Origin: Amphiscolops sp. MND2022
Taxonomy: Eukaryota
Direction of reading: 5' to 3'
NCBI GenBank assembly: GCA_964187785.1
Contig: OZ076409.1
Span: forward strand, 94,738,001-94,802,000
DNA: 64,000 bases
A program made the position numbers and the translations under genes. Below the pieces are notes generated by a model. That model was not told where the DNA came from. It did not search any database and saw only the letters and a program-made list of their open reading frames with translations. This document shows, piece after piece, positions 51,101 to 64,000 of this stretch; within the stretch, counting starts at the first letter, position 1, and each line of letters opens with the position of its first letter.

Positions 51101-53375
51101 TTCGAAAACTTTCTTTTCGTGTTCTTTTTTATTTTCGCATAGAACTACTATAATGTCATCTAGCCGAGTCGTTGAACAATTTTACAAGGTTCGATCACTT
51201 TTTCTCTGAAAAATTGTGGATAATTCGAGAAGTACGTGGAACCTTTTTAGCATCTGTAATATCAGCTATTTTTGTCTGTCTCGTTAATTGCAACAAGACG
51301 TTGCCGGCTCATGCTTCAGCGAAGTTCCAGTTGTAGCTTTGCATAGTCCAAATCAATTTTTGAATTACGTTTTACTGCTCGGTCTTGGGAATTTTCTACC
51401 GAAGTTTGGGGTAAAAGTTCCTCTATGTTCAGAATCTAAGGTCTTCTTTACACAACTATCGTTCATCTTTTGGGAATCAAGTGCTCTTTTTACTGATTTG
51501 TGGTTTTTTGTAATCACCATCGATGATACGAAACAATTTTCAACCATATTACTGATTTTTCAAGTGTCCCGCTTTGATCAAAACTTCGAGTGCTTTTTCT
51601 GCATCTTCTCGAAGAGTGTAAAAAAGTAGCATTGGCATGGCATTCTGATTTGCCGGATGATATACCGGTTTTAACTCTATTTTTGTATTATGTTTTCTAG
51701 TGTTCGGTTGTTCACGAAGAAGTCGCGAGAACTATTGAAAACTTGATTTTCTCTGATAGGCTGTTCTCGACCACCCGTATTTTTCCGAATGTTAGAATGA
51801 ACATTTTCTGCGTGTCCATTCCACATAATGGTATTATGTCTGTTCTTTCAGCTATCAATTTTTCCACCTTTAAGTTTTTGCTTTCGTAGTCTATGTTTAC
51901 TGATAACGTCCTCGAAAATTCACTTCGTTTTTGTTCACATCTTGGTGATGGTCTGTATTTTTTCCTGTATTTTCGTTTGTTTCACATATCCATCAGTTCG
52001 GTGGCATTATTGTTACCGGTGAGGTGGTTTCAATTATGAACTCTGTCTTTATTCCGTCCACTTTTGCCTCGCTGTGTAGAGTTTAAGTTTAGTTTTCTTC
52101 TTTTCCAATGTTTTTTATTTTCCGCCCACATAAATGAGGGAGAAAAGCATGATCTGTGTTGCGTTTTTTTCCAAATTCTGCCAAATCTCCATTTTATACT
52201 TGCTCCATTTACTTACTCACATGTACTTGTTACTTACTCACATGTAGTTACTTACTCTCAAATTCACTCCCAGCACGCTATATGCGAAGTAAATTGCGTT
52301 TTACAAAGGAGTAAGCGGAGGGTCGAAATTATTGCGCTATATCCGAATTTTCGACGTTATATCCGAACTAATTGTGTTTTACTAATTAGGAGGCGGGGTT
52401 AGAAAAAGTGCTCTCCCATTTGTTTCAGCACGCTATGTCCGAACTTTGGACGTTACATCCGAAGCAAATTGCGTTTAACTACAGAAGAAGCGGTGGTTCG
52501 AAAATATTGCGCTATATCCGAAGTTTTGACGTTATATCCGAACTATGTTGCGTTTCACTATGGAGGGCGCGAAGGTTCGAAAAAGTGCACCTCCATTTGT
52601 CCCAACACGCTATATCCGAACTTTTCACGTTGTATTCGAAGTATTTTGTGTATTACTAAGGATGACGCGGAGTTTCAAAATTATTGCACTATATTCGAAT
52701 TTTGACGTTATATCACAAGTAATTGCGTTTCACCAAGGAGGAAGTAAATTTTTGATTAAGCGTCAATAGTTAGCCAATTGAAGGCGGAAAATGTCCCGGT
52801 GCATAGCGGGCGTCTTGTTTGCAATACCTTGTGCAGTAATTTTTTTGCAATACTTTGTGCAGTAATTTTTAAGGGTTAATGCTGTCGTATATTTTGATAT
52901 CTGTAGTTTTTTTGCTGATATTGTCCCGAGTTGCCTTCTTTCTCTATTGGAAACCGTCAACTCCAGAGGTTTTCCACTTGTTTTGCTTGTTCTTTTTCGG
53001 TTCATCCGGGTTCTGTTACGTCTTGTCCTTTCAACAGTCATGCTATGTCTTTGTGAAGTCCCATTTTGTGAATTGCCGGACCTTCGTAGCCATTATCTTG
53101 GTGTGAATACTGTTATCATTTCGGCCATTACAGGTTATTTATTTCTCTTTGTTTCTCGGTGAAATCGCTTTAGCAAATAAAATTGGCTGACTGCGCCATG
53201 TTGTATGCTAAGCTTTGAGTGTTAAAACAGGATAGTAAGATAGTATTTTCCAAAGTGTAACTAAATCTAAGTACATACAAAACATAAATGGATATCTCAG
53301 TTCTATATCTTCAGTTCATTGTTTATCTATAATAGGCAGATACTGTGGAGGCCATGACGGATGAATTGTACAACA
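48132..53375 (-). mobile_element. Old, heavily decayed Gypsy/Ty3 LTR retrotransposon
   Basis: Diverged TG..CA LTRs 48132-48327 and 53199-53375, TSD ATTAT/ATCAT, PBS TGGCGCAGTC, purine tract GGAGGGAACAAGGAA. Fragments LDDII, RNase H (SRYLSDTEK) and integrase Zn finger (GHPG..C..C). Confidence 0.85.
52111..52819 (+). mobile_element. Family B element with tandem-repeat core, nested in the Gypsy element
   Basis: Both termini present. Internal GCTATATCCGAA repeats instead of a tRNA cassette. Confidence 0.6.
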
Positions 53376-53742
53376 ATCATTACTCAGTAACTTTGCAATT
53401 TATAAGAAATTGTCTGACAGAAACCAATTGGACAATGCAGAATATGATAAGTTTTAGACATGGCATATTCCAAGTTGAATAATGTAGATTATATTATAAT
53501 GTTGATAATGGCAGGATTAATGAAGATCCGATAAACACAAATCCGAAATCAATTATAATGATCAGTCAAATGTGTGTTTTAGTAGCGGAAACGTGAATGA
53601 GATACACGTCACAATATTTCACGATCTTAGAGCGAATTACACGTTTTTACAGATGTACTTTAGATTGATCGAAAATCACAAAAGTTTCTTACCATTTTTC
53701 ACGGCGTGATTTATCGGCATGCACGAACTGACGTGAACAAGC

Positions 53743-56700
53743 TGTTCTATTTATCGAATATAAAGGAAAGATAAGAAAGATGATTCGTGTGTTAATAATA
53801 TATTCTGATCATAATGACGATATCAAATGTAAATTAAAAGACTTTAATTCTATAAAATAATATAGATGGCAGACAGGTACTATACTGTCAAATGGCAAAG
53901 GTTAACATAAGTGTTGTGGTAGGAACGATTGACGTTCACGTATATGTATGTCAACGTATATATGACACATTCCCCCCCCCGCAACTTCAACAAAAACTCA
54001 CACGACAAAATTATTATAAAGTTAACAAAACGGTTAAAGTAGCACCGAAGGAGGCAAGTTTCTTCTGGTGCCGGGTTGGTTTCCTCTGGTATCGGAGTAC
54101 CGCTTCGCTCAATGTGCTCAGCAGTGATGTTCTCTTCTATGGTCATAAATCTTCCGCCTGGGCCTCTAGCAATTTCCCCCCTCCTCGATAGTGGATTCTG
54201 AAAACTCATTTTCAGTGGTTTCCTAGCACTTTTTCGATGTATTACTCTGTTTTCGTTTTATCCAATTGTTTGTTCAGTACCAGGACTTGCTGATTTTAGT
54301 TTTTGTTTTGGTGATACATAATTTCGATATTGTTTCTGTTTTATTTCTTCTCTTAGAAATGGTATAGAAAGTTGTTACCAACGTCTTCTTTCAGTTTTCT
54401 GGGTGTCTTCATCACCAATTGGTTCTTTTTTCCACTCCCGTTGGAATCTATATAGACCTGCAAAGTCTCCGTTCCAACTGAATCAAAATTTTGTTTGTTC
54501 GGAGATATGCTTAAATAGTTGTGCATCTCCATTCTCGGTTTTCTATCGTAGTGGCGTTCGAACGGAGATTTGTTTATGCTCGAATTGATCGTTGTCCTCA
54601 ATGTATTTATTGAACAGCTTAGCGCTTCATTTATTATTTGTCCTTCTCCGTGATTCACTCGTAAGACGTCATTGAGGGTTTTAGTCCCCTTTCTACCAAG
54701 CCAGATGGTCTTTGTACATACGGTGTAACGTATATTAGTTTTATGTTTAGGGACTTGCAGAAATCCCTAAACTCTTTTCCGGCAAAGGCCGTGCCTTTAT
54801 CCGTTCTGATTGTTTGTGTTAGCCCATTTAATGTAATATTTTATTCTGAAAAAAGTTTTGCTGTTTTTCCGTTTGGTGTTTCGCATATACACGCGGCCGG
54901 CCGCCTGCTTCATCGGTGTATTGAGACAGGTCAATAAACGCACCGGTGCCTAAATCTTTTAGGTCCAGCGAAATCCAATTGGACTACTTGGTTTGGTTTT
55001 TCAGCCGGTGGTATGTAATTAATTTCCGTCATCGGTATTTGAGCTTTAATACTCTTACCTGACATTCTGCAAGGGATGCACTCTTCGCACATCTGCTGAA
55101 TGTTTTTTTGTAGCCTGGGCAACCAGAATGGTTTGGCTGCTGACGTCATTTTATTTAAGGCCGCGTGTCGTTTGTGTAACAGCATTATAACCGTTCGTCG
55201 TGATGCTTTTAGTAAAATGATGTCGTCGTAAAAAACTACTCCAACCAGAGTTGAAAGGTGTTTCTGGAATGGTTTTTACTCTTCCCGGTTCTTGTCCCAA
55301 TGTATTCCGCTCCAGGCAGACCAGTGTTTTTAGTAGTTTCTCGTCATCGGTCGCTTAAGCTGCGATTGTTTTCAGGTCAGTCGTGAACTTTTGTTCGGCC
55401 TGTGTGACCGTTTTTCTAGGTCCCACCGTTTATCGGTCTGTATGTGGCTCGCTTGTCCCTTTTGTACGTAACGGACTCCTGTCGCTCCCAGGTACTGTTT
55501 GAAGTAGATTGCAGGGATATCGATCGAGTTCTTTGAGCTTGTAGATTCTGTTTCGAAGTCGTCTGATGATTTGCTTTTGTTTGGGGCTTCTTCTAAGTGA
55601 AACATCTTGCTCGGCTCTGTCCTGGTTGGTCTTCTGGTCGTTTGATTGAAGTCTTTCTGATCGTATCGATTACACTGTGCAATTCCTCAAAACTTAACGT
55701 CTCACATTGCGGTTCTTTGTTTTGTCGTTCCATTCCCTCCCAAATTTGTGTTCCTGTTCTGGTGTAGTTCCATTTCTTTCCTTCGTAATTCTTGTCAATG
55801 ATGTCATGGGAGGTTATAATTCTTCCACAATCCGTTTGACAGTCTATAGTGTCCAGGTTTTGATAGCTCTTTTCAGCGAATTGTAGGTTCTAGAGTTTCT
55901 TGGGATCTTCTTTTTCAATTTGTTCTTATCGTTTTATGTTGATGTGATTTTATTCGTTGACGTGTTTGACTGTTTTTTCTTCTGTTAGCAACGCACTGCG
56001 CCTAGTTAGTTTGCTCTTTTTTGACTTTCGTCCGTTTTGACATCTCGTTTCTGATTGGTTGTTATTCTGTTCGCGCTTCTCGTTCTCGTCCGTTTGTACT
56101 CTTTTTGTGTTCGGATCGGTGATGCTACCGTGAGTGTTATTAAACTCCAGTAAAGGTATTATGCAATTACGTACGTACTCTTCTCCGTAATTCTCCTTTG
56201 GTTCTGGCTTTGATGTCGGATTTCTGCTGAAATGTTCGGTCAGAGCCAAGTGTTTTCCAGCAATGTGCTATATATTTATATCAAAGTGTGACAGCCGTTA
56301 TTACCATCTTGTTAGCCTTGCACTGTATGTTTTGTTTGAACGATTTCTTTTTATCAACAACTCTAGGGCTTGGTTATCTGTCAACAGCTCGATCGGTTAA
56401 CCGTATATGTGTAGACGGAAATGATCCAGTCCCCAAACTACTGTGAGTAGTTCTGTTTCATTGATAGCATATTTCTTCACGGTATCTGATAAAAATCTGC
56501 TTGCAAAGCCGATCGGCTCCAAATTTTCGTCTTTTTTGCCTCTACCAGAGTGTTGCATATAGGCCTTTTGTGCTCGCATCAAATAAAATTATATTGTCGT
56601 TATTTGCGTTGTAGTGTGCTAAATATGGGATTTTTCTTAGGCACTCCTTCACATTATTGCAAGCTCTTATGCGCTCTTCGGTCCGAATCAAATCGTTTTG

Positions 56701-59101
56701 CTTCTTTAGTTGTTTTCGTAGTATATCTGTGTTTGTTGACAGGTTTTCAATTTGCTTCGATAGGTATTGTATCGCCCCCGTCGGAATAATTTCAGTTCTT
56801 TTTCGTTCTTTGGAATATTGATCTTTGTTATTGCGTTCAAGTTGTCCTGTAAAGGGCGTATTCTTGAAAAATTTGCATTTCTTTGGGTTAAGTCTGTATC
56901 CGGTTGTTTCTAATTCTGTCATTGTCTTTCGCACTTTCGTTCGTGTTTTTCCATATTTACTTTGGTGGTGACTATTATTATGTCGTCTAGCCATACCGGG
57001 TGTTTGTACTCCAGTGTCCGAACTATCCGTTCTTGGAATATCGTTGGGATATCATCCTGTAAAGTCTCCTCCAGTAACGGTGAAAATACACAAGTTTTTT
57101 GTATTTTCGTCCACTTTGATTTGTCCGTATGCGTAATCAATGACGAGTTTTGTCGCTAGAATTTCTCAGTCTGGTTCTCTGACATTTTTCTTGAAGTTCG
57201 TGTTATCAGTTCTTCCAAATTTGGCATTTGTGCTTTTTTTCCAGTCACCTCATTTAGTTTTCCGGAATCAAGAGCAATCTTTACTGATTTGTCTTTTTCA
57301 CCGTTATTACTGCGGGTCTTACCAAACAGTGTTCGGTAATTTCTGTTGCTCTTTTCAGGTAACCGTGTTTTTTATTCGTTTCAGTTCTTGTCACACTTGG
57401 TCCTGAAGATGTATTGTGATTGGTCGTCCTTTTTGTTGTATTATTTGTGCCCCAGGTTTCAGATTTATTTTAACCGACAGAGTTTTTTCTCTTTGTCAAT
57501 GTGAAGTAAAACTTTGGAATTATTTTGGAGTTTTATAATCCTTCTTTCCGTGTTGTCAAACTTTATGTTCTGGTTTCGAATTGCATCGTTATTTGAACTC
57601 AGGTTTATTTTAGGCCGTTGCATCCAATCTAATCCCATTACCGGTGCGGTTTGAGTTTTTGTATTTAACAGTGGGAACTCGATTGTCTCTTTGTTTGTTT
57701 CGACGGTAGCTTTCGTCTGGCCCGTGAAATCGATCTTTTGATTGTTCACATCTTTATAAGTGGTCTTGAGTCTTTCAAGTGGAGTGATTTTGTTGAATAA
57801 GCCTTCCGCGATAACTGTTACTGGTGAGCCGCTGTCAATGGTGAAATTGATTGGTAAGTTATTAACCAATAATGTGGCCTCATAAAAGACTTTCTTCTAT
57901 TTTGTGTTCTTTGTTTTCTGAATTCTAGTGTATTTCCAATTGTCTTCTTCTGCCGATGACGTTGTTCTTTCCACGTATTGCACTCGTTTTGTCTATCTGC
58001 ACATCTTCTTGTAATGGCCTCTTTTGCAATTCCTGCATTCTGCCGTTTTTGCTAGACAGATATCTTGTCTGGAACAGTTTGGGGCCTCGCACTGTCCCCA
58101 TCGGTTATCTTTCTGCTTTTCTTTTTGGTATTTCGGTCGTTTTGTCCTGTCCGTATCGGATTTGTACGTCCATTTATTTTGTACGGTCGTTCTTGTACCT
58201 GTTCAATTTTTTTTCAATCATTTGAGTTGTTTGAATCGTTTAATCGGTCGTACATGTGTTTGTGTATTAAGGCTGTTATTGTTTCGATGGTCATGTCGCT
58301 TTTTCGAGTTTTTGATTACGGACAGGAATTTTGATACAATCAGTTCTGGTGGTGTAACGTTTTCAAAATCACAGTTATTTCCATCTGTAGGATTCTCGGC
58401 CATACATCTTCTGCCGTTTCGTGTTTTTCTCTCGGTAATCCGAAGAAAACCACTCTACTCTACTGTGAAATTTTTTTTCCGGTTTGAAATGTAACCGATA
58501 CAGCGAATATAGTTGATTGATGTTCATTCTATTTGGCTCACTATCTCTAACTGTTCTTTTCATCTCCGTTATCGCTGACTCGCCCAGTGCCCAGATAACC
58601 AAGTCTTTGAACCGGTGTTCCAGATCGTCCCTGTAGTTTTGTAGTATTTCGCGGTCTGTCATCATTTCGTTGAGGTCGATATTCTGAGTCTTTTTCATGT
58701 CCTGTGGAAATCGTCTCCACCATACCTTCGCCTCCTGTATCCCGCGTTTTTCGATTGTTAGTGTATTTTGGAGGGGTTTCTTCAGTTTTTGTATTTGCTC
58801 TTTCGGAGACTTCTCCGCTTGAAGAGCTTGTACTCTCCGATGATTTCTGGTTCTCCTTCTTGCTTACTGCGCCATGTTCTATTTATCGAATATAAAGGAA
58901 AGATAAGAAAGATGATTCGTTTGTTAATAATCTATTCTGATCATAATGACGATATCAAATGTAAATGAATAGACTTTAATTCTATAAAATAATATAGATG
59001 GCAGACAGGTACTATACTGTCAATTGGCAAAGGATAACACAAGTGTTGTGGTAGGAATGATTGACGTTTATGTATATGTATGTCAACGTATATATGTCAC
59101 A
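53743..59101 (-). mobile_element. Decayed Gypsy/Ty3 LTR retrotransposon
   Basis: 227-bp LTRs 53743-53969 and 58875-59101 (~11 differences by eye), perfect TSD CAAGC, PBS TGGCGCAGT (tRNA-Ser-like), G-rich PPT. PR (IDSGS), RT (WLDD), RH (DAS, FASRFL) and INT (C..C, LDFAGP) in Gypsy order. Confidence 0.93.
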
Positions 59102-61558
59102 CAAGCTCGCCAAAGAGACTGGAAACTCGGTAAAAGTTTCAAACTTTTCGCTGTACTGTAAATCACGATACTTTGAAAAGTTAAAAAAGTTACTACTGAA
59201 ACTTCTTTAACCTCGAAAAAAAATTCCATGAAATTTCTCATTATAATTCTTGAAAATATATATAGTTCAATATATAAGTTCAGTTTATATAGTTCAATAT
59301 ATAAATTTATCTTTTTATTTATATTTATATTTATAGAAAATATATAAAGAATTTTATATGAATACAAAAACTTAAAGGATTATCTTCTCTACAGCTGTTT
59401 TGACACTTTCAACAAAAGTTAGTCTTATTTTTTGATTTTAATGTCTAAAATAGCAAAAATTCACGACTGGAACCAGCCAAAATTGTGTCGAAAAACATCT
59501 ATTTTATCGCGAATTTTCTCCAAAAAAAATATATTTCGCAACTTTTAACTGTGAATCAATGTAAGAAAATCAATGGTATTGGAATCTCGCTTCTAACCCA
59601 GCTTGGGGCGGTTGGAAATGAAAAACCTAGTTCGAAACGTTTCATATATTGTCAAGTATGCAAGGTTTTCCTGAATTGGAAGTACAGTAATAAAAGTACG
59701 TACGTGTATATATAAAAATTGACGATGTTGTTATGTTGAAGTATAAAACGCTTATAAAGGTGATTTTTATAAAATCGACCAACCTCTATTTTGGCGTACA
59801 TATGGTGCATTTAAGCTACCGCTCTCATTTGCTTGTGAATCTGCTCCTCATAAAATGAATATTGCATTGCTTATTTGCTCTTTTTGTTTTCTCACGTTTC
59901 TTCGTTGGGACAAACGCGTTTCCCTCGCTCGCAGATACATGTATACCATGAATGCAAAAATACAAGACAAAGCTCCATCATTTCAAGCTTGCTTGCTAGG
60001 ACATGCATTGACTTGATTGGTCGTTGCTCTCAATACTTGCGTATACAAAAATGGCTTGCGAGTCATTCCAAATTTCAGCAGGTGAAAAAAATGTTGGTCA
60101 TTTTTCGTCATTTTATCCGCTGTTTCATAATACGCTTTTCAAAAATTCAATGCAGCTCTTTTTCTGATGTTATAGCTTCGCGAGTGGAAAAAAAATGTAT
60201 AATTTTTCTTATTAAATTCTAAAAATTGACGATTTTGTTGAAAAAGCTTCTCACGACAGAGCTATACATTTTTCAAATTGAAAGACAAAAATTGAAAAGA
60301 AAAAAATTGAAAGACTATTGCCTAGTAATGGCCAATTATATCATTTTAATACAATATATAACTTATTAATTCATTGAGTTTTTTAACGGGTGTTGTGAAC
60401 AGATTTTTGTTTCAGAAATTCGCTGATTGATTTTTACACATAGTGAAGATTAATGCATTTTGAACCAAAATGGAACTTGAAAATGGTAACCTCAATGACT
60501 GGATACGTCCATGGATATTTAGCCAAGATTTCTGAACTGAAGTAGAAAGTTTTCGAGATCTGTTATTCAGAACTTTTAGTAAGAATCTTGTTATTTGATC
60601 AGTGTCCCGCCAAAATGTGGTTTAAAAAAATAATCACAGTCTTAAAAACTAAGAAAATTAAAAAATAAAATTAATAAAAAGTAAAAAAAATATATCACGT
60701 TAAACAATGACAGAATTTCCAAAACAAAATAGACTAAACAAACTATTTCAAGAGAGTTTATTATTTTAATTAGTCAAAAAAGTTATTGATGGGTAAAAAT
60801 TATATTGTGGCTACGTAAAACGGTATACACTCCTACAATTCACTTCATATTCTGATGCTTCTTGCTTCAAGTTAAAGTTTATTGTAAAAGCAGGATCTGA
60901 CTTCATGCTTCATTGTTTGGTACAATACTTGCTTATTCACTATATTTATTGGGAGGTTGTTCCACTAGGATAGAGTTCGTTTGGTAAAATGTTTTGCGCA
61001 GGTTCAATAGCCATCCCGGGTCGACCCTCCATGGATATCTTAGTAAGATCTTGGCAAGATCTTGCCAAGATCTTGGAAAAAAGCTAAGACCGTGACAAGA
61101 TATTGCCAAGAATTGCAAGATGCCATGGTAAGATCTTATCAAGAGAGCCATGTTTCCAAGAAAACTTTTATTGTAAAATCCTATTTGGAAAGAAAAAATC
61201 TGAAAGGAAGTCAACAAAAATCAACATTTCTGCAGATTTATATTGTTAGACATTAAAACTTCTGTTAGCTGGATGGATATATATCATTGCAAAATTTGGA
61301 AAGATCTTGTAGGATTGTGAAGCATGTTGTGTTGTTGCTTATTACGCTCGGAAGAATTTCCGATAGCCCGAATGGTTGTTATGCATTGAGCGATGATGAC
61401 GATACACATAGACAAAGGGACATGACATTTCGTCCGATGCAATTTGAACCGTTGGCCATTTCAATCTATTGCATTTTCAACTTTCCGCAATTTCGACCTA
61501 AACTGATTTTGGCTAAAACTGATTTTGGCTATCATGTCCGTATTCAATAGAGTTACTA

Positions 61559-61891
61559 CAGTGTATGACGCTGAAAATTTAATAAACGTCATTCAAAATT
61601 TCCATCGCTCGGTAACAGCTTGTTTGTGATTGGTTAATTAAATTAAATAGACAATCAACTTTTCACAAATAGACATTCAAGATTATAGAAAGAATGAAAA
61701 TGCTGCTTCGCATAGCGGCGCAAACTTTCTATCTTAATTACACGCTGTATGCGAGCAGTGTATGCAGAGGGATTAGTAAAACTCAATGTCGATTTTTGAA
61801 TTTTGATTGTCTATTTAGGAAATTCAATCTTTCACCTGATTGGTTCTTATTTTTTGATTGTCGTTTATTAACTTTTCAGCGTCATACACTG
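61559..61891. mobile_element. Tc1/mariner-like MITE (same family as 1595-1969)
   Basis: TA|CAGTGTATGACGCTGAAAA...TTTTCAGCGTCATACACTG|TA. Confidence 0.85.
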
Positions 61892-62009
61892 TATTAGTGT
61901 ACAATCAAGGATTGGAAAAAATAAGTGCAATATTATTTTAGCTGCTGAATCAATTATTGTTATTGAAAAAGAGGATACAGTCATTTATTGCATTTATTGT
62001 AAATGAATT

Positions 62010-62195
62010 TTACAATATTGACTGAATGGTATTTACATTCCAATAACTTTTATTGATATGCAAAAAAAGTTGAGTTTCAAGGTGCTCTGGAGTAATCGCA
62101 AATCTGTTCTTGGCCGTTGCAAAAAATCGTTCTATATGATTCGAACTTGGCGGTATCCAAGACAGATCCTGATATTCACTAGTTGCATCAGACAT
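62010..62195 (-). pseudogene. hAT transposase C-terminal dimerisation-domain fragment
   Basis: IPPSSNHIERFFATAK...ITPEHLETQLFL resembles the hAT P.SS..ER.FS..L motif. Confidence 0.65.
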
Positions 62196-63755
62196 GTTGA
62201 GAAGTTTTGTCCCAAAATCACCGTTAATTCGAACATAATGTCAAAGTGTGTGAAAAATGTTTTGTTCAAACAAAAACTCTTCCAATAGATGATAACCATC
62301 TGTTCTCTCAAAACATTTTAACGTTGGGGGTGGGGGATGGGGGTTTGTGTGTTTAGGACAGAGCTAAAAAATTGTCCTGTACATACTTCATTTTCAGCTA
62401 TTCGGGTAATAAAATGAAACTAATTTAATAACCCATTAGGTTCAACTTGTACGGGTTTATTAAATGATATATACCAGCGATCTGTTAAATATCCGTTGAA
62501 TGCATTTATAGAAGAGGTCATCATTGCTTCTACAAAAGACCAAATGTTCTTGTTACAAATCGCGAAAATCAGATGCACGAAATTTTTCGTAAAACTTGTG
62601 ACTGTTGTTGAGTATTTCGCATTGATCAAATAGTAAAGACCACTGATTAGCACAGAAATATTTATCCAAAAATAATGCGAATGACTTCTGCAATTATAAT
62701 TTTCTGAATATGCGAATGTGGAAATTATTACGCTACGTGTTTCCGCTGCATTGAATGAAACTAAATTTCAATATTTCTACGATATCTTTTCTTTCTTTTG
62801 CAGTGGCCATTAGCACATATGTGTAATTGATTTATAATTAAAAAGGTTCTTCAAAATTTGAATGCATAATTGTATTATTGCGACTTTGAATTCACTCCAG
62901 TATAAACTTTTTGCTTTATCAAGGCTGAATTTTCGCACTCAGGATAGAGAGTTTGGCTCTTCAGTGAAAATGTATGAGTTAACTATCCCGAACAAATCGA
63001 TTCACCATAGAATTGCATTCGATTCCATAACAAGAGCTGAATGCTTCCAAAGAATAAATTTGAGCGGTTTTCATGCATGAAACTGCATAAAAGCACATCC
63101 ATCATTCAACGCAAGCACTGACCTTTGAATTTTCACGAGTTCAATGAATTTGGCAATCGGTTATGGTCGCTATCATGCCTGCGTGAACAAAATAAAAATA
63201 CTCCTTTCGTACAAAAACCCTGAGAAATAGAACAGGAAGAACCACATACTAACCCTTGTCGAAACTGCCGGGATTTTTGACATGTTGCAGGCATGCATGC
63301 AGGGTAATTTTTATCATAAAAAATTTAGACTGCACGCAGAGGAAAAACTTGGAAAATTATACTTGCAGCTCGGAAAATCCTGGCTGCATTTCACTGCGCG
63401 TGGAAAAAAAAGAGTTAATTTTTTGCGAACGCCAGCGCAAGCGTAAAAAACGTTAAAAAACTCAATCTCAACATTTTAACTTGGCTTGAAATATTGATTT
63501 TCCTGCAAAATGGTCTGGAAGAGCGAAAACCATTCTCAGCATTGGAAACCAAAAGTTTGATATCATAAATTCATCTTTATAGTGATTGTTGAAGGGAAAA
63601 TAATGAAAGAGCTACGATTAATACGCTTACTAATCAAATTTCATCCAATGACGGGCTCGCTTTTAAAGCGAGTGTTATTCTTGTTGTGATATATGTACAT
63701 CCAGTAGTACATGCATTTTTTGGTACGAGCAGAACAATGGAAACATCCACCTTCA

Positions 63756-64000
63756 TCCACCATTCAATCCTACTTGAAAAAACGTTAGCAAAACTTGAAA
63801 TTAACGGAAACCACACTTCAACCACCATTCAATGCAACTTGAAAAAAACGTTAGCAAAACTTGAAATTAACGGAAACCACACTTCAACCACCTTCAACCA
63901 CCATTCAATGCAACTTGAAAAAAACGTTAGCAAAACTTGAAATTAACGGAAACCACACTTCAACCACCATTCAATGCAACTTGAAAAAAACGTTAGCAAA
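63756..64000. repeat. Tandem repeat with ~65-75-bp units running off the window end
   Basis: CCACCATTCAATGCAACTTGAAAAAAACGTTAGCAAAACTTGAAATTAACGGAAACCACACTTCAA repeated at least 3 times. Confidence 0.85.

Noticed and set aside
62400..63100. Continuation of the hAT transposase or a host exon
   Set aside because: No convincing motif or splice structure by eye.

Overview
AT-rich, intron-containing animal genomic DNA (invertebrate-like; an acoel/marine invertebrate origin is a guess I cannot verify), dominated by transposable elements. Two host genes lie on the minus strand. (1) A complete 7-exon CMAH gene (CMP-Neu5Ac hydroxylase; CDS 42537->19638, about 627 aa by manual splicing, all GT-AG introns) with intact Rieske and metallo-beta-lactamase-fold motifs and a C-terminal hydrophobic tail. 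(2) The first four coding exons of a KIDINS220/ARMS-like ankyrin gene (9112->6204), whose remaining exons were not found here. TEs include a full-length but decayed BEL/Pao element in the last CMAH intron, two decayed Gypsy elements, two long solo-LTR-like elements carrying an ORF inside the LTR, a 5'-truncated LINE, MULE and hAT transposase fossils, and many MITEs with verifiable TA, 8-bp or 9-bp TSDs. At least three high-copy non-autonomous families have Helitron2/Helentron-like ends, and some copies carry tRNA-derived Pol III cassettes. Coordinates and mismatch counts were read by eye.
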